Counted from the first letter of the stretch, positions 18,757 to 28,638 are shown. The stretch is DNA of 64,000 bases from Spirochaetia bacterium (GCA_965203905.1 CBDBDQ010000005.1:928001-992000); one strand, 5' to 3'. The notes: generated by a model not told the origin, from the sequence alone. Numbers and translations are program-made.

Positions 18757-19722
18757 TTACTTGTACTGAACGCGCGGGTCCAGGTAGGCGTAGAGGATGT
18801 CGATGAGCAGGTTGATCGTCATCACCGCGAAGGCAAAGAAGAGGTTGATCCCGGATATCAGCGGGTAGTCGCGATCGTTGAGTGCGTCGATCATCAGCCG
18901 CCCGAGGCCCGGTATGGCGAACATCTGCTCCATGATGACCGAGCCGCCGACGATGATCGGTATCTGCATTCCTACCAGCGTCACCACCGGAATGAGCGCG
19001 CTCTTGATGACGTGCCGGAAGATGACCACACGCTCTTTGAGGCCCTTGGCCCAGGCGGTGCGAATGTAGTCCTGTCTGAGCACCTCCAGCATCATGGTGC
19101 GGGTCATGCGCATGGTGCTGGCGGCCAGGTAGGTACCGAGGATCAGACCTGGCACGATGAACATGGCGAAGTGGCGTACCGGGTCGTCGGCCACGCGCAC
19201 CAGCCGCAGCGGCGGCGACCACGCCCACCAGATTCCGGGAAAAATGAGGATGATGGTGGCCAGCCAGAAGTTGGGCGTAGCCAGTCCGAAGATGGCGAAG
19301 GAGCGACCAACGTAGTCGCCCACGGTGTCCTGCCGCACCGCCGAGTAGATCCCAATCGGCACCCCTATCAGCACACCCACGATGACCGACACCAAACCGA
19401 GCTCGATGGTGGTTGGCAGCCGGCCGATGATCAGCTCTCCAACCGGTTTGGCCCGCAGCAGCGGCTTGCCGAGATCGCCGCGCAGCAGTATCCCACCGAT
19501 CCAGCGGCCGTATTGCACGTACACCGGCACGTCCAGCCCCAGCCTGCGCTCAAGCTCCGCCCGGTCGATGGAGCTGGCGCCACCCGACGACTCCATCATC
19601 GTGTGCATGAGGAGGTCGACGGCGTCACCGGGTATGAACCGCACCGAGAGGAACACCAGAATCGTGACCAGGAAGAAGGTCGGGATCAGGAGAAGGACAC
19701 GGCGGATAATGTACGATCTCAT
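18757..19722 (-). CDS. Dpp/Opp-type ABC permease (DppB-like)
   Basis: RGDLG, QDYIRTAWAKGL, DILYAYLDPR. Confidence 0.92.
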   Translation of the reverse strand: MRSYIIRRVLLLIPTFFLVTILVFLSVRFIPGDAVDLLMHTMMESSGGASSIDRAELERRLGLDVPVYVQYGRWIGGILLRGDLGKPLLRAKPVGELIIGRLPTTIELGLVSVIVGVLIGVPIGIYSAVRQDTVGDYVGRSFAIFGLATPNFWLATIILIFPGIWWAWSPPLRLVRVADDPVRHFAMFIVPGLILGTYLAASTMRMTRTMMLEVLRQDYIRTAWAKGLKERVVIFRHVIKSALIPVVTLVGMQIPIIVGGSVIMEQMFAIPGLGRLMIDALNDRDYPLISGINLFFAFAVMTINLLIDILYAYLDPRVQYK

Positions 19723-19791
19723 CTCCGTCGGAGAAACCTCCCGGCCTGCGGCGCCGGGCGGCTGGACAATTGGGAGGTCTCAATAGGCTGC

Positions 19792-19820
19792 CCGGAGGGC
19801 TACATCGCGCAGCCCTCCGG
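19792..19820 (-). terminator. Stem-loop after SBP gene (partial terminator or mRNA stabiliser)
   Basis: CCGGAGGGCT-9nt-AGCCCTCCGG perfect 10-bp stem. Confidence 0.6.
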
Positions 19821-19830
19821 ACGATTCATC

Positions 19831-21627
19831 TCAGAAGCCCATCTCGCGCTTCAGATCCTGGTCGACCCAGAGGTACTGGAAGATGGTGCTGCGCTGATGC
19901 CCACCGAGTTCGTTTTCCCCGTTGTAGCCCTTGATCCACGGCTGGGTGGCACCGAACAGGGGAGCTATGGGCCCCCTGATGGTCCACTGCTGCTCGATGA
20001 GGCGCATGTCGGCCTTCCGCATCCACTCCTTCTGCTCCTCTATGGTAGTAGCGGCCGCTGCGTTCTCGTAGTACTCGTCAAACAAGGCGTCGTTGACATT
20101 TTGGGGGCGCCATCCGTTTAGCGACCAGTAACTCGCGAGCGAGCCCATGACACTGGGATGCGCCATGCCCCATACATCCGAGCGCATACCGAGCATTGTT
20201 TGCGTCTGGGCCTTCTGAACCATGTCCGCTAGGTTTACGATCTGGATCTCGACGTCGATGCCAATCTGCCTGAGGTAATCCATGGCGATCTGGTAGTAGC
20301 CGAGGTCGAAGAACTCAAAGTGCTCGTAGATGGTTTTGAAGCGAACCCCGTCCGCGCCGCGCGGATAGCCGGCCTCGTCCAGCAGCTTTTCCGCCGCCTC
20401 GGGGTCATACCGATAGTACTGTTTGACGTCCTCGGGCCACTCCTCATACGGCATGAAATACCCGAGCACCGCTTTGCCAACACCGCCGACCAGGCTCGCG
20501 TCGCCCCAACCCTGCATGTAGTTCTCGGCGATGGACTCCTGGTCGATGGCCATGCTGAGGGCCTGGCGCACCCGGATATCGTCGAAGGGCGGTTTCTGGT
20601 TGTCGAAATTGAACGCCGTCTCCGCACGATAGGCAAACGGATGGAGCACCAGGTCGGGACTGGTTTTCTGTAGATTCACCGCCTGGTCGACACTGGTGAG
20701 TTGCGAGTTCATCCCGAACCCAATCCAATCCGCCTGACCTGAGCGCATCAAGGACAGTATCGCCGCCGGGTCGTTGACGATCGCGTACTCGACCTGGTCG
20801 GCGTAGGGCAACCGGTTGTCGGGATACTTCGGGTCGTTGCCCCAGTAGTTATCGTTCTTGGTAAAGGTCCACGAGCTTCCCTCCACCACGTCGGTTAGCT
20901 GATAGGGCCCCGTTCCGGTCACGTTGCGCCAGTCTTGAATGTCACCGAATTGCTCGACCACGTCGCGGGCGACCACGTACGATAGCTGCTCGCTGAGTAT
21001 ACTCTTCAGGGCGATGAGAGTGGGCTTGCTCAACTTGAATTCCACGGTGAAATCGTCGGTAGCGGTAATCGACTCCCATTTGATTCTCCCCGCGTCAAAT
21101 TGCCCTATAATCGGGCTCGGCTCGCCACCGCTGAGTCCCAGGACCCGGTGAAAAGTGTACTCGACATCGTGCGCGGTCAGCTGGCGGCCGTTCACCGGCG
21201 CCTTGTCGTGCCAGAAGACACCGTCGCGGATCTTGAACACGTAGGTGAGAGGATCCGGGGTCTCCCAGCTCTCAGCTAACTGCCCGGTTAGGGCCTCCTC
21301 GGGCAGGTACAGCGTGTCAAAGCCGACGACGCTCCGGTCGGCTGCCCAGTCCGCGATGCCCAACTTCTCGTTGACCAGCCCGATCCAGAGTCCCGCAGTA
21401 CCCGAGAAATAGGGATCGATCCCCCGCTCCTCCCAATTCGAGATCGGTCTGATCGTGCCGCCATACTCCGGCGCGGTGACCATCTCGCCGGTGCTCGGGT
21501 CGAGCACCATCTCCTTCTCCATCGCCGCGGCCGACTCCTCTTCTGCCGCCGCCGCCCAGAGGCCGGTTGCAGCCAGTGCGAACACGAGCACAAACACCAA
21601 GGTGTGTGCAATTCCTGGAAGATTCAT
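19831..21627 (-). CDS. Family 5 ABC substrate-binding protein
   Basis: LAESWE, FKIRDGVFWHD, GTGPY, PFDDIRVRQALSMAID; GGAG RBS. Confidence 0.92.
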   Translation of the reverse strand: MNLPGIAHTLVFVLVFALAATGLWAAAAEEESAAAMEKEMVLDPSTGEMVTAPEYGGTIRPISNWEERGIDPYFSGTAGLWIGLVNEKLGIADWAADRSVVGFDTLYLPEEALTGQLAESWETPDPLTYVFKIRDGVFWHDKAPVNGRQLTAHDVEYTFHRVLGLSGGEPSPIIGQFDAGRIKWESITATDDFTVEFKLSKPTLIALKSILSEQLSYVVARDVVEQFGDIQDWRNVTGTGPYQLTDVVEGSSWTFTKNDNYWGNDPKYPDNRLPYADQVEYAIVNDPAAILSLMRSGQADWIGFGMNSQLTSVDQAVNLQKTSPDLVLHPFAYRAETAFNFDNQKPPFDDIRVRQALSMAIDQESIAENYMQGWGDASLVGGVGKAVLGYFMPYEEWPEDVKQYYRYDPEAAEKLLDEAGYPRGADGVRFKTIYEHFEFFDLGYYQIAMDYLRQIGIDVEIQIVNLADMVQKAQTQTMLGMRSDVWGMAHPSVMGSLASYWSLNGWRPQNVNDALFDEYYENAAAATTIEEQKEWMRKADMRLIEQQWTIRGPIAPLFGATQPWIKGYNGENELGGHQRSTIFQYLWVDQDLKREMGF

Positions 21628-22140
21628 ATTCTCTCTCCAGATTCTGAGAGTGCTTCCCGGGCGAGTTGCCGTTCCCTGTCCACTCTCACGCCCGCAAACG
21701 TAGGCGGCCAAACAGAGAGGGCAATCTCTGGTGGTCACGCGCGCGGCATGAGCGTCATGAACTCAGGCCGCGCGCGTGGTGCGGTTCTTTGAGTATCAGC
21801 TTGCACCTCCCAGTTGCGCGGATTTCCGGAGTTCGACGCCGAGCGCGCGGCCGCGAGGCACACGCAGGGCGGCGGCTGACTCGGTAGTTGACGGAGTGGT
21901 CTGGTATGTGACGGAGTGATGCCGAAGGCGCCGGGCGGGCGTACCCGGAGGTGCGGCGCACGCCGCCCGGTCGGTGGAAACGTGGAACGGTTATTTCTCG
22001 GATGGATGGGAAGTTAGGTGTATCGCCTACCCGGGGGTACAGGGGGGGGTAGTCGAGCGCGCCGGTTGCACCATCTTCAGCCGGCCGCCGCGCTGAAGTG
22101 GTTGTTTAACGGTGCACATGTGTTCACATCCCACTCGACA

Positions 22141-22169
22141 AGTGTCACACACGTGTGGCCACCTGTCAA
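22141..22169 (-). promoter_or_regulatory. Putative sigma70 promoter facing the SBP operon
   Basis: Minus strand TTGACA-17nt-GACACT, with palindrome CACACGTGTG in the spacer. Confidence 0.5.
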
Positions 22170-22174
22170 TACGA

Positions 22175-22209
22175 CGGACGGATCGGATCGGATCGGACGG
22201 ATGGCGGAT
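22175..22209. repeat. (CGGA/CGGAT)n microsatellite
   Basis: About seven CGGA(T) units. Confidence 0.7.
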
Positions 22210-22491
22210 TGTGGCGGGTCCTGACGGGAACGAACGGCGTGCTGCGCATACCACAGGCCACGGTCGAGCGCTGGGGACCACGCGCAGTTACTTCGCCGAG
22301 CCATAGGCCGCCATCTGGTACGAGTGGTGGTTGCCGGCAAGAGAGGAGCCTCCCGCCGCACCCCGCGCGGACGCGGAGCAAATGCTTAGGCCTCGCCACT
22401 CCGCGCTTGCCCTGTGTGGATGTCGGGCGACCGATACGAGCGCCGCTGAGGACGATGGATATGCGCCGGAGACTGCTCTGGCGCGGCCGGG

Positions 22492-23075
22492 CTACGAGCC
22501 GCAGCGATCCATGCGCGCAAGGAATTCGGCAGTCGTGGCGCAGTCCACGATCTACTCCCCGGTCTCGGCGAGACGATCCGCGTCCGTCACTTCAGCAACC
22601 ACCGTCGCCAGCCGCTCCGCCGCCGCTGGGCCGAACCGCCGCTCCGCCAAGCGGCGCAACAACGCCTTCTGCCGCTCGATACCCTGCTCCAGGATTTCCG
22701 CTCCCCAGCGATCAATCTTTTCCGCCAACACTGCACTCGCCTCCTCGTACTCGCGGATCGATGGCAACTCCACGCCCCACTTCCGCCCCAGGGCGGCGAG
22801 CCACAGGTCAAAGGTCCTCGTCAGCCCCGGCTCGCCAGCCTCGGCGAGCCACTCGCCCAACTCCCTCACCCGCTCCGGCAGAGCCCCGGCCTGCACGCTC
22901 TGCTCCAATTCCGCCACCCACCGTAGCAGGTTCGACCGTGGCAGATCATCCCTCCTCACCGCCACCAGATCAAGCACCTCGTAACTCAGCGCGAGATGCG
23001 CGGCACCGTCCTGCTCCGTCCGCTCCACCAGCCCGGCGAGCGTCACCGGCGCGTCCCACCGGCTGTCTCCAATCG
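22492..23075 (-). pseudogene. Rpn family (PD-(D/E)XK 'putative transposase') C-terminal remnant
   Basis: GDSRWDAP..LAEKIDRW..ALLRRLAERRFG..LAETGE*IVDC; in-frame TAG at 22552; N-terminal nuclease absent. Confidence 0.75.
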
Positions 23076-23076
23076 G

Positions 23077-24095
23077 GTGGAATTCGTAGATCGGCACGAC
23101 GAGCTGCGCCGCCTTGATCGGGCGTTGCGGCAGCCGGGCGCGTTTGCGGTGATCTGGGGCCGGCGTCGCGTCGGCAAGTCGCGGCTGCTCATCGAGTGGT
23201 CGCGGCGGCGCGGCGGTCTGTATACGGTTGCCGATCAATCGGCATCCGCAATCCAGCGGAGATATCCCTTTGTGCGCTATGGGGCGGTTTGCCGCGGTAC
23301 TGGGAGCTCGCCCGGCCATACGGAGATGACCTGGCTACCGCGGTCGACGCGTTTGGTCCTCGATCCCGCCGGACCGTTGCATGACGAGCCGGATCGCCTG
23401 TTGCTGTCGGAGATGCCGCCTGCCACCGCGCTGCGTCCGATACTGGACGTGATCGGCGCCGGCGGGCACCGCATGAGCGAGATCGCCGGCCGACTCGGCC
23501 GGCCGGCCGCCAGCCTGTCGCGGCCGCTGGCGACGCTTGCGGCGATGGATTCGTACGCCGCGAGATCCCGTTCGGGAGCAATCCGGCGTCGGGGAAGCGC
23601 AGTCTCTACCGCATTGACGATCCATTCCTGAGACTGTGGTTCCGCGTCGTAGCTCCGCACCGGGCGGTCCTGGCGGAAGCGCCGCGCGACACGCGGCTGG
23701 CCTATTGGCACCGCTACCGGACCGGTCTGGAGGCGTATGCGTGGGAGGAGTTGTGCCGGTTGGCCGTGCCGATGCTCCACCTGGACGACTCGTCGCTGGC
23801 GCGGCTGGGTCCCTGGGAGCCGGCGCAACGTTACTGGCACGGCAATGCCCCGGAGTTCGACGTCGTGGCGCGTTCCGTCGACGGACAGCGGCTGCTGGTG
23901 GGCGAGGTGAAGTGGTCGGCGCGTGAGCGGGAGGTTCCCCGTGCCGGCCGGCCAGTCGGGATCGACGCCATACCCGGAACGAACCACCGCGAGGTCGTCA
24001 GCGCTGCGTCGTTCCCGCTGCATCGTCGAAGATGGATTCGGCCACCGGTGTGCACCTCGTTGACGCACGCACGATCATGAGCGTTCTCCGGTAAA
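23077..24095 (+). pseudogene. Archaeal-type ATPase (AAA + DUF234-like) pseudogene
   Basis: FVDRHDEL, WGRRRVGKS, GGLPRYWE, YRIDDPFL, GEVKW; internal deletion and frameshifts. Confidence 0.8.
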
Positions 24096-24188
24096 GACCC
24101 TCCCAGCCTCCCGGCGCGTCGTCTCTTGAGGCAACGACCGTAGGGCTCGTGCGGCTCGTGTCGGTCAGCTTGGCAGTCTGGCCGTCCA

Positions 24189-24207
24189 TATACCTTGACA
24201 AGGTATA
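24189..24207. promoter_or_regulatory. higBA promoter/operator
   Basis: Perfect 9-bp inverted repeat TATACCTTG-A-CAAGGTATA centred on TTGACA (24195-24200). Confidence 0.7.
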
Positions 24208-24231
24208 CCGCAGTCAGGTACATATAGCTCG

Positions 24232-24522
24232 TTGGCGATCCAGAGCTTCTCTGATCCAGCGACAGAACAGTTCTTCATTGGCGGGCAGATAGGCAAAGCA
24301 GTCGGATGGCAAGCCGTTGCCCGTGTGGCTCGGCGGAAGTTGGACATGCTCCACTATGCAGCCGCCGTCGGTGACTTGCGATCGCCGCCCGGCAACACGC
24401 TCGAGGCGCTGAAAGGCGACTACGTCGGCTATCACAGCATGCGCATCAATGATCGCTGGCGAGTTGTCTTTCAGTGGAGTAAGGCAGGTCCGACAGATGT
24501 CCGAATTGTCGATTACCACTGA
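24232..24522 (+). CDS. higB: HigB (RelE-family) toxin
   Basis: IQSFSD, DLRSPPGNTLEALKGD, SMRINDRWRVVFQW, IVDYH. Confidence 0.92.
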   Translation: MAIQSFSDPATEQFFIGGQIGKAVGWQAVARVARRKLDMLHYAAAVGDLRSPPGNTLEALKGDYVGYHSMRINDRWRVVFQWSKAGPTDVRIVDYH

Positions 24523-24538
24523 CGGTGACGGAGGGAAT

Positions 24539-24829
24539 ATGTTCGCGCTCGATAGAGAACCGACCGGTCCGGGAGAGATCCTCTCGGAAGAGTTTCTCCA
24601 GCCACTGAACATTACGCAGCGGCAACTCGCCGAACACCTAGGTTGTGATGTGAAGGTGATCAATCGGATCGTCAACGGACGCACGTCAATCAGTGCGGAA
24701 CTGGCCATCAGATTGGCGAGAGCCCTCAATACGTCGCCGGAGTTCTGGCTGAACGCTCAGCAAGCGGTCGACGTCTTCAGCGCACGGCGAAAGATCCGGG
24801 AACTGCCGGAACCGATACTCATGGATTGA
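24539..24829 (+). CDS. higA: HigA antitoxin
   Basis: PGEILSEEFL, HTH, TSPEFWLNAQ. Confidence 0.92.
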   Translation: MFALDREPTGPGEILSEEFLQPLNITQRQLAEHLGCDVKVINRIVNGRTSISAELAIRLARALNTSPEFWLNAQQAVDVFSARRKIRELPEPILMD

Positions 24830-24876
24830 CCGGGCCAGAGTGGCAACCCTTGCGGCTCGGCAACTATCGTTCGCTC

Positions 24877-25296
24877 CTACAGGACCTCGAATCCTTCTTT
24901 TGCCGCCGCCTCCGACAAGCGCCGGTCGCTGCAGACCATCGCCAGGGTCTCCGGGTCGTCGCCGCAGGCAACCAGCGCCGCGGCAAGCTGCAGCGCGTCG
25001 GCCGCACGCAAGGGATGGACGCGTAACAGCCGGAGTGCGCGTTGCCGCACCCCCTCGGAGGGACGGATTTTCACCCAGCCGGCCGCCCCTCGGTTCAGCT
25101 TGGCGAGCGCCTGATTGAGCCCTCCGCCGTCGAGGTCGCCGTCCCGGTGGAGCCGATTCAGTGCCGACGCGCACTCGACCCAACTTCCCCACCAGGTGGC
25201 GATGTGGCGATCCTGGCGCTGCAGTTGCTCGCGCTGTTCGGTCTCCGCCTCCTGGACCACCAGGGGAACCAGCGCCGACGAATCCCAGTACCTCAC
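24877..25296 (-). CDS. vapC: VapC PIN-domain toxin
   Basis: YWDSSALVPL, LRAADALQLAAA, DRRLSEAA. Confidence 0.9.
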   Translation of the reverse strand: MRYWDSSALVPLVVQEAETEQREQLQRQDRHIATWWGSWVECASALNRLHRDGDLDGGGLNQALAKLNRGAAGWVKIRPSEGVRQRALRLLRVHPLRAADALQLAAALVACGDDPETLAMVCSDRRLSEAAAKEGFEVL

Positions 25297-25592
25297 CGTT
25301 CGTCCGCGCGCTCCGCGACTATCAGCCGGCTGGCGCTGACCCCCTCGGGCAGCCGCGGACTCGGCATGGCCTGCAACTCGTCGACGGAACACGACGCCGC
25401 TGGAGGATCCGCGATTCCCCGACGAATGAGGTCCGCGACGGCCTGATCATCGTCGAGGCTTCCGGTCTGGTACGGCACGATCCGAGCTACCGGGGTGCCT
25501 CGGTGCACAATCAGCACCGACTCGCCGCCGGCCACCTCCGCAAGCAGTCGGCTCAGCCCGTTCTTGGCTTCGGTCACGCTGACCTTCTTCAT
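25293..25592 (-). CDS. Phd/YefM antitoxin
   Basis: VSVTEAKNGLSRLL..HRGTPVARIVP. Confidence 0.9.
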   Translation of the reverse strand: MKKVSVTEAKNGLSRLLAEVAGGESVLIVHRGTPVARIVPYQTGSLDDDQAVADLIRRGIADPPAASCSVDELQAMPSPRLPEGVSASRLIVAERADER

Positions 25593-25693
25593 CAGGCTAT
25601 TCTGGCTTGTTCATAAGAGCTTATCAACCCTGATACAAGGCGGATTGAGGGATGTGGTCAACGCACCCTATGCTGCGCCCGGGTTACTACAGC

Positions 25694-28120
25694 ATGGATC
25701 TGCAGCAGGCGTTCGCAACTTTCTCCGCTCCGCCGCGGGAGTTCGGGCCGATTCCCTTCTGGTTCCTGAACGACGATCTCGAAGAGGAGGAGCTGCTGCG
25801 CCAGCTCCATGCCTTTCACGACGCCCACTTCGGCGGTTTCGTGCTGCACGCGCGGGTCGGCCTCTCGCACCGCGTCGGATACCTCACCGACGAGTTCTTC
25901 CGCCTGGCGCGGCGGCTCGTGGCGGAGGCCGCCCGGCTCGGCATGAAGGTGATCCTGTACGACGAGGGCAGCTACCCGTCGGGATCGGCGCAGGGCGCGG
26001 TGGTCGCCGAGAACCCCCAGTACGCCAGTCAGGCGATGGGGCTGTGGCAGCGCACGGTGGAGGGTCCCTACGTCGGGTACTGGCGTCCCAACACCGGCCG
26101 GGCGCTGCTGGACCGCCACGTGTGCACGGTGGTCGGCCGCCACGGGCAGGACGGCGCCATCGATCCGCGGTCGGTGCGCGTGTTGGAGCCGTTGCCGCAC
26201 GACATCGTGCGCATCGACGTCCCGGCCGGCCGCTGGACCGCCATGAGCGTCTGGAACACGGCCAGTGGCGGCAACATCCGCGGCGTGTTCCCCGAGGAGG
26301 AGGACGGCAGCCTCACCGCCCCGCCAGCGGGCGACATCCTCAACCCCGACGCCGTGGCCTGCTTCCTGCGCCTCACCCACGACCGCTACTACGCGCACCT
26401 CCGGGAGTTCTTCGGCAGCACCATCATCGCCATGTTCACGGACGAGCCGCAGATCATGGGCCGGCACCCGCTGCGCCCCGCCGATCCCAAGCCCTACACC
26501 CCGGGACTGATCGACTGGCTGGCCGAACGCTGGGGTGAGGATCCGCGCCCCTGGCTGCCGGCGCTGTGGCTCGATTACGGCCCCGGCAGCGCCGCCTTTC
26601 GCCGCCGGTTCGACGCCGCCATCCAGCAGCGGCTTGAGGAAGTGTTCTTCGGCGCCCAGTCGCGCTGGTGCGCCGACCACGGCATCGCCCTTACCGGACA
26701 CCCGGCGGAGAGCGGCGAGCTGTCACCACTGCGCTACTTCCAGCTTCCGGGGCAGGACATGGTGTGGCGCTACGTGGAGCCGGACCGGCGCACGGCGATC
26801 GAGGGCCGCCACAGCGTCGCCGCCAAGGTGGCCACCAGCGGGGCGCGCCTCCAGGGCGCCCGCCGCATCCTCACCGAGGTGTGCGGCGCCTACGGCTGGC
26901 GTCTGACCCTGGAGGAGATGAAGTGGCTGTTCGACTGGCACCTGGTGCGGGGCAACAACCTGATCGACCCGCACGCGGTGTTCTACTCGATCCGCGGCCG
27001 GCGCGCCTGGGAAAGCGAGCCCGACCTGTTCCTGCACAACACCTGGCGGCCCTACGTCGGGCTGATCAACCGTCACGCTCAGCGGCTGAGCTGGCTGCTG
27101 TGCGACGGCCTGCAGGTGTGCCAGGTCGCCATCCTCGGTGACGGCAGCGCCATGCCGTGGCAGGCGGCGCGGCAGCTCTACCAGCGCCAGATCGACTTTC
27201 TCTACCTGGATGACAGCGCGGTGGCGGAGGCCGCGGTCGACGGCGCGGCCCTCGTGGCGGGTACCCAGGCCTACCGCGTCGTGGTGGTGGACGGGGACCC
27301 GGCGCTCGGCCCCGCGGCGCGTCGCGTGCTGGCGGCGTTCAGCGCCGCCGGCGGCCAGGTCATCGAGTTCGCGGAGGGCATGGACCTGCCGGCCCGCCTC
27401 GCCGGCCTGATCGACGCCGACCTGCGCCTGGAACCGGCCCATCCCGACCTGCGCTACCTCCACTACCGCAAGGGCGGGCTGGACTTCTACCTGCTGTGCA
27501 ACGAAGGCGGCGCGACCATCGAGGGCGAGGTGGAGCTGCGGGTCAGGGGCCGGATCGAGTGCTGGGATCCGCTGGCCGGTGTCCGGCGCGACGTGAACAC
27601 GCGCTCCACCGCTGACGGTGTGGCGGTCGCCCTGCACCTGCCGCGACGGGAGAGCGTGGTCCTGGCAGTCGACCCGCGGACCGATTTCGCACCCGCCACC
27701 CCTGGTGCGTACGACGAACAGCGCCTGCCGCTCGAGCTGTCGTGGCAGGTGTTCGCGGTGGCCGGTGCGCCGGTGGCGGGCCTCGGCCTCGGCGACTGGT
27801 CGCGCCACCCCGGCCTGGAGCTGTTCTCGGGAACCCTGTGCTACCGCGCCGAGTTGGAGATCCCGGACGCGGAAGCGGAGTTCGGAATCGGCCTCGGCGT
27901 CGTGGGCGACATCGCCGAGGTGATCGTGGACGGCACCTCGGAGGAGGTGCGCATGTGGGCGCCCTACGAGGTGTTCTTCACCGAGCCGCGAGCGGCCGGA
28001 CGGCACTGGATCGAGGTGCGGGTGACCAACAGCATGGCCAACGAGTACGAGGGGGCCCAGCTTCCCTCCGGGCTGATAGGTCCCGTGCACCTGATCCTGC
28101 GGCGCCGCCGCCCGGCATGA
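25694..28120 (+). CDS. Glycoside hydrolase, GH106 (alpha-L-rhamnosidase-like)
   Basis: PFWFLND, LYDEGSYPSG, FTDEP, C-terminal VRVTN..SGLIGPV; start uncertain (25652-25694). Confidence 0.7.
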   Translation: MDLQQAFATFSAPPREFGPIPFWFLNDDLEEEELLRQLHAFHDAHFGGFVLHARVGLSHRVGYLTDEFFRLARRLVAEAARLGMKVILYDEGSYPSGSAQGAVVAENPQYASQAMGLWQRTVEGPYVGYWRPNTGRALLDRHVCTVVGRHGQDGAIDPRSVRVLEPLPHDIVRIDVPAGRWTAMSVWNTASGGNIRGVFPEEEDGSLTAPPAGDILNPDAVACFLRLTHDRYYAHLREFFGSTIIAMFTDEPQIMGRHPLRPADPKPYTPGLIDWLAERWGEDPRPWLPALWLDYGPGSAAFRRRFDAAIQQRLEEVFFGAQSRWCADHGIALTGHPAESGELSPLRYFQLPGQDMVWRYVEPDRRTAIEGRHSVAAKVATSGARLQGARRILTEVCGAYGWRLTLEEMKWLFDWHLVRGNNLIDPHAVFYSIRGRRAWESEPDLFLHNTWRPYVGLINRHAQRLSWLLCDGLQVCQVAILGDGSAMPWQAARQLYQRQIDFLYLDDSAVAEAAVDGAALVAGTQAYRVVVVDGDPALGPAARRVLAAFSAAGGQVIEFAEGMDLPARLAGLIDADLRLEPAHPDLRYLHYRKGGLDFYLLCNEGGATIEGEVELRVRGRIECWDPLAGVRRDVNTRSTADGVAVALHLPRRESVVLAVDPRTDFAPATPGAYDEQRLPLELSWQVFAVAGAPVAGLGLGDWSRHPGLELFSGTLCYRAELEIPDAEAEFGIGLGVVGDIAEVIVDGTSEEVRMWAPYEVFFTEPRAAGRHWIEVRVTNSMANEYEGAQLPSGLIGPVHLILRRRRPA

Positions 28121-28335
28121 CCGCGCCACCACTCCACCGTGGTCAGCGTCCTCGACGACCTGTTCGGCGAGCCGCTGTGGGCCGACCTGAGCACCTCTAC
28201 GCCGGCTGGCCGCCTCACGATCTCCTCAAGTACTTCTGGCGCTCCCTCAACCTCATAACCAACGCCTGACCAGCCGAACGGGGTATGGCGTGGCAACCCG
28301 GTGCCTGTCGAGCGCAAGCAGGTTCTGAACAGAGG

Positions 28336-28634
28336 TCAGGATGCCCGACTGAGCGAAGAGGCTGGATGGATGCCGTCGATGAGTCGGTGCCGGTCCCTGG
28401 CGAGCTTGCGAAAGTCGCACTCCACCTGAAGTCCGTGCCAGAACTGGTCCGACTGACCAAAAAAGCGCCGAAGCGAATGGACATGGCCGGCGTAATCGAC
28501 CGCCGGCCATGTACGATTTCGTTGATAGCGCGTGGGGCAACCCCTATCGCGCGGCTCATCGCGTTCTGAGAGATCCCCATCGGCTTGAGGTATTCCTCAA
28601 GAAGAATCTCACCCGGTGTGATCGGAGCCTTCAT
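28336..28634 (-). pseudogene. higA: Orphan HigA antitoxin with -1 frameshift in a T6 run (28459-28464)
   Basis: [15 protein letters not shown], then [11 protein letters not shown] in the next frame. Confidence 0.75.
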
Positions 28635-28638
28635 AACG

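Noticed and set aside
21628-21700. Glycine riboswitch (ACTCTCAG-like word)
   Set aside because: Other conserved elements could not be placed; kept only as a generic structured leader
22492-23075. Active transposon
   Set aside because: Rpn 'putative transposase' remnant only; no catalytic domain, terminal repeats or target duplication
8300-25600. Integron cassette array or CRISPR array as the explanation for the mosaic
   Set aside because: No attC-like RYYYAAC..GTTRRRY hairpins, no constant repeat-spacer period, and no integrase or cas genes were seen
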